64,000 bases of DNA from an uncultured Acidobacteriota bacterium. Its GTDB lineage: Bacteria; Acidobacteriota; Thermoanaerobaculia; Thermoanaerobaculales; Sulfomarinibacteraceae. The position numbers and the translations under genes are program-made. The DNA lies in assembly GCA_963844845.1 (NCBI GenBank), contig CAWJPW010000003.1:190391-254390 (forward strand), given 5' to 3'. Below are positions 63,624-64,000 of this stretch, piece after piece (position 1 is the stretch's first letter; the number at the start of each line of letters is the position of its first letter). The notes under the pieces are model-generated. The model worked only from the letters and a program-made list of their open reading frames with translations. It was not told where the DNA came from and searched no databases.

Positions 63624-64000
63624 GCTCCGGGAGGGTAGGGGAAACCGCTCTCTCTGAAATGTATGGGTCGCGCCGGCGCCGGCCCTCTGGCCGCGCTTCG
63701 CTTGGTCGCCTTCGTCGGCATGACCACGAGGTCAGTGCCTCCTCGGCTCGGTCGCGAATCGCACCCAGGGACCTCTGGTGGAGCGACTCGTGCCGTTGCT
63801 GAACGCCATGGGGAGAGGTGCCAGGTTGAAACCTGGCACCGTCCGCCGGGGGACGGCTCGAGCGCCTTCTGCTACGGCCCGCGATGCGGCGCCCCCCGCG
63901 GCGGCTGCGCCACCATGGGGAACGCCACCTCGCGGCCCTCGCGACGAAGGCGACGCCGTCCCCCTCGTCGACGCCATGTCCCACCCACCCACCCGGTGCC
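63624..64000 (-). repeat. C2: inverted copy of repeat module C1 (21802-22195), truncated by the window edge
   Basis: The reverse complement of 64000-63843 matches 21802-21959 with only a handful of substitutions (ggcaccgggtggg.gggtgggaca.ggcgtcgacgagggggacggcgtcgccttcgtcgcgagggccgcgaggtggcg...). The reverse complement of 63768-63624 matches 22050-22195. The centre differs. Confidence 0.88.

Noticed and set aside
1-64000. Scan for tRNA, tmRNA, RNase P, SRP RNA, transposase/integrase genes, toxin-antitoxin pairs or known phage-defence operons.
   Set aside because: I spotted none of the characteristic sequences (T-loop GGTTCGAATCC-type, RNase P GAGGAAAGTCCGG, SRP GGAAGCAGCC) and no such protein families in any frame. 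A manual scan cannot exclude divergent small RNAs.

Overview
Very GC-rich bacterial chromosomal segment, roughly two-thirds to 70% GC by eye. It is densely packed with about 60 protein genes, and many neighbours share 4-nt start/stop overlaps. I saw no rRNA, tRNA, CRISPR array, transposase, integrase or phage structural module. Coordinates and motifs were read by eye from the sequence and the ORF track; no searches were run, so all family names are recognition-level calls.

Housekeeping content:
- Start of window to 5.9 kb: the 3' part of an M4 metalloprotease, a DHH-CBS-CCA-adding enzyme fusion, and rsmD.
- 6.3-15.5 kb: a long co-directional gene string of a PilT-like ATPase, a small CheY-like protein, MoxR, DUF58, a transglutaminase, NfeD, an SPFH protein, a SPOR protein and lipA.
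- 15.7-20.3 kb: tmk, holB, a BtpA-like protein and an S9 peptidase.
- 22.4-29.9 kb: XdhC/MocA, a STAS protein, a thioesterase, NAD-isocitrate dehydrogenase, pterin carbinolamine dehydratase, an AidB-like acyl-CoA dehydrogenase and an ICMT-family methyltransferase.
- 40.1-46.5 kb: corA, Mla/MCE transporter genes, and ribH-nusB.
- 52.5-63.5 kb: a DnaJ-like protein, def, acpP-fabF, a CBS-type ClC channel and etfBA.

Unusual content:
1. A minus-strand operon (33.1-40.0 kb) encodes a 1727-aa cadherin-repeat/beta-helix adhesin followed by three tandem phage-tail-collar-domain paralogs. The adhesin carries an IPTL-CTERM-like exosortase sorting signal internally (residues ~165-193) instead of at its C-terminus.
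2. About 9 kb away lies a small exosortase H-like gene (xrtH) with a partner membrane protein. It appears co-transcribed with a TM-TPR Ser/Thr kinase and faces an FHA-domain, catalytically degenerate enhancer-binding-protein-like regulator.
3. A 2-kb coding-free block (20.35-22.35 kb) consists of tandem and mosaic hairpin-rich repeat modules. A solo copy sits at 5.9-6.2 kb and an inverted partner copy at the window end (63.6-64.0 kb).
4. Three intergenic elements have long inverted arms built from GAAGA-type short repeats.
5. Two P-loop ATPases have degenerate catalytic motifs.
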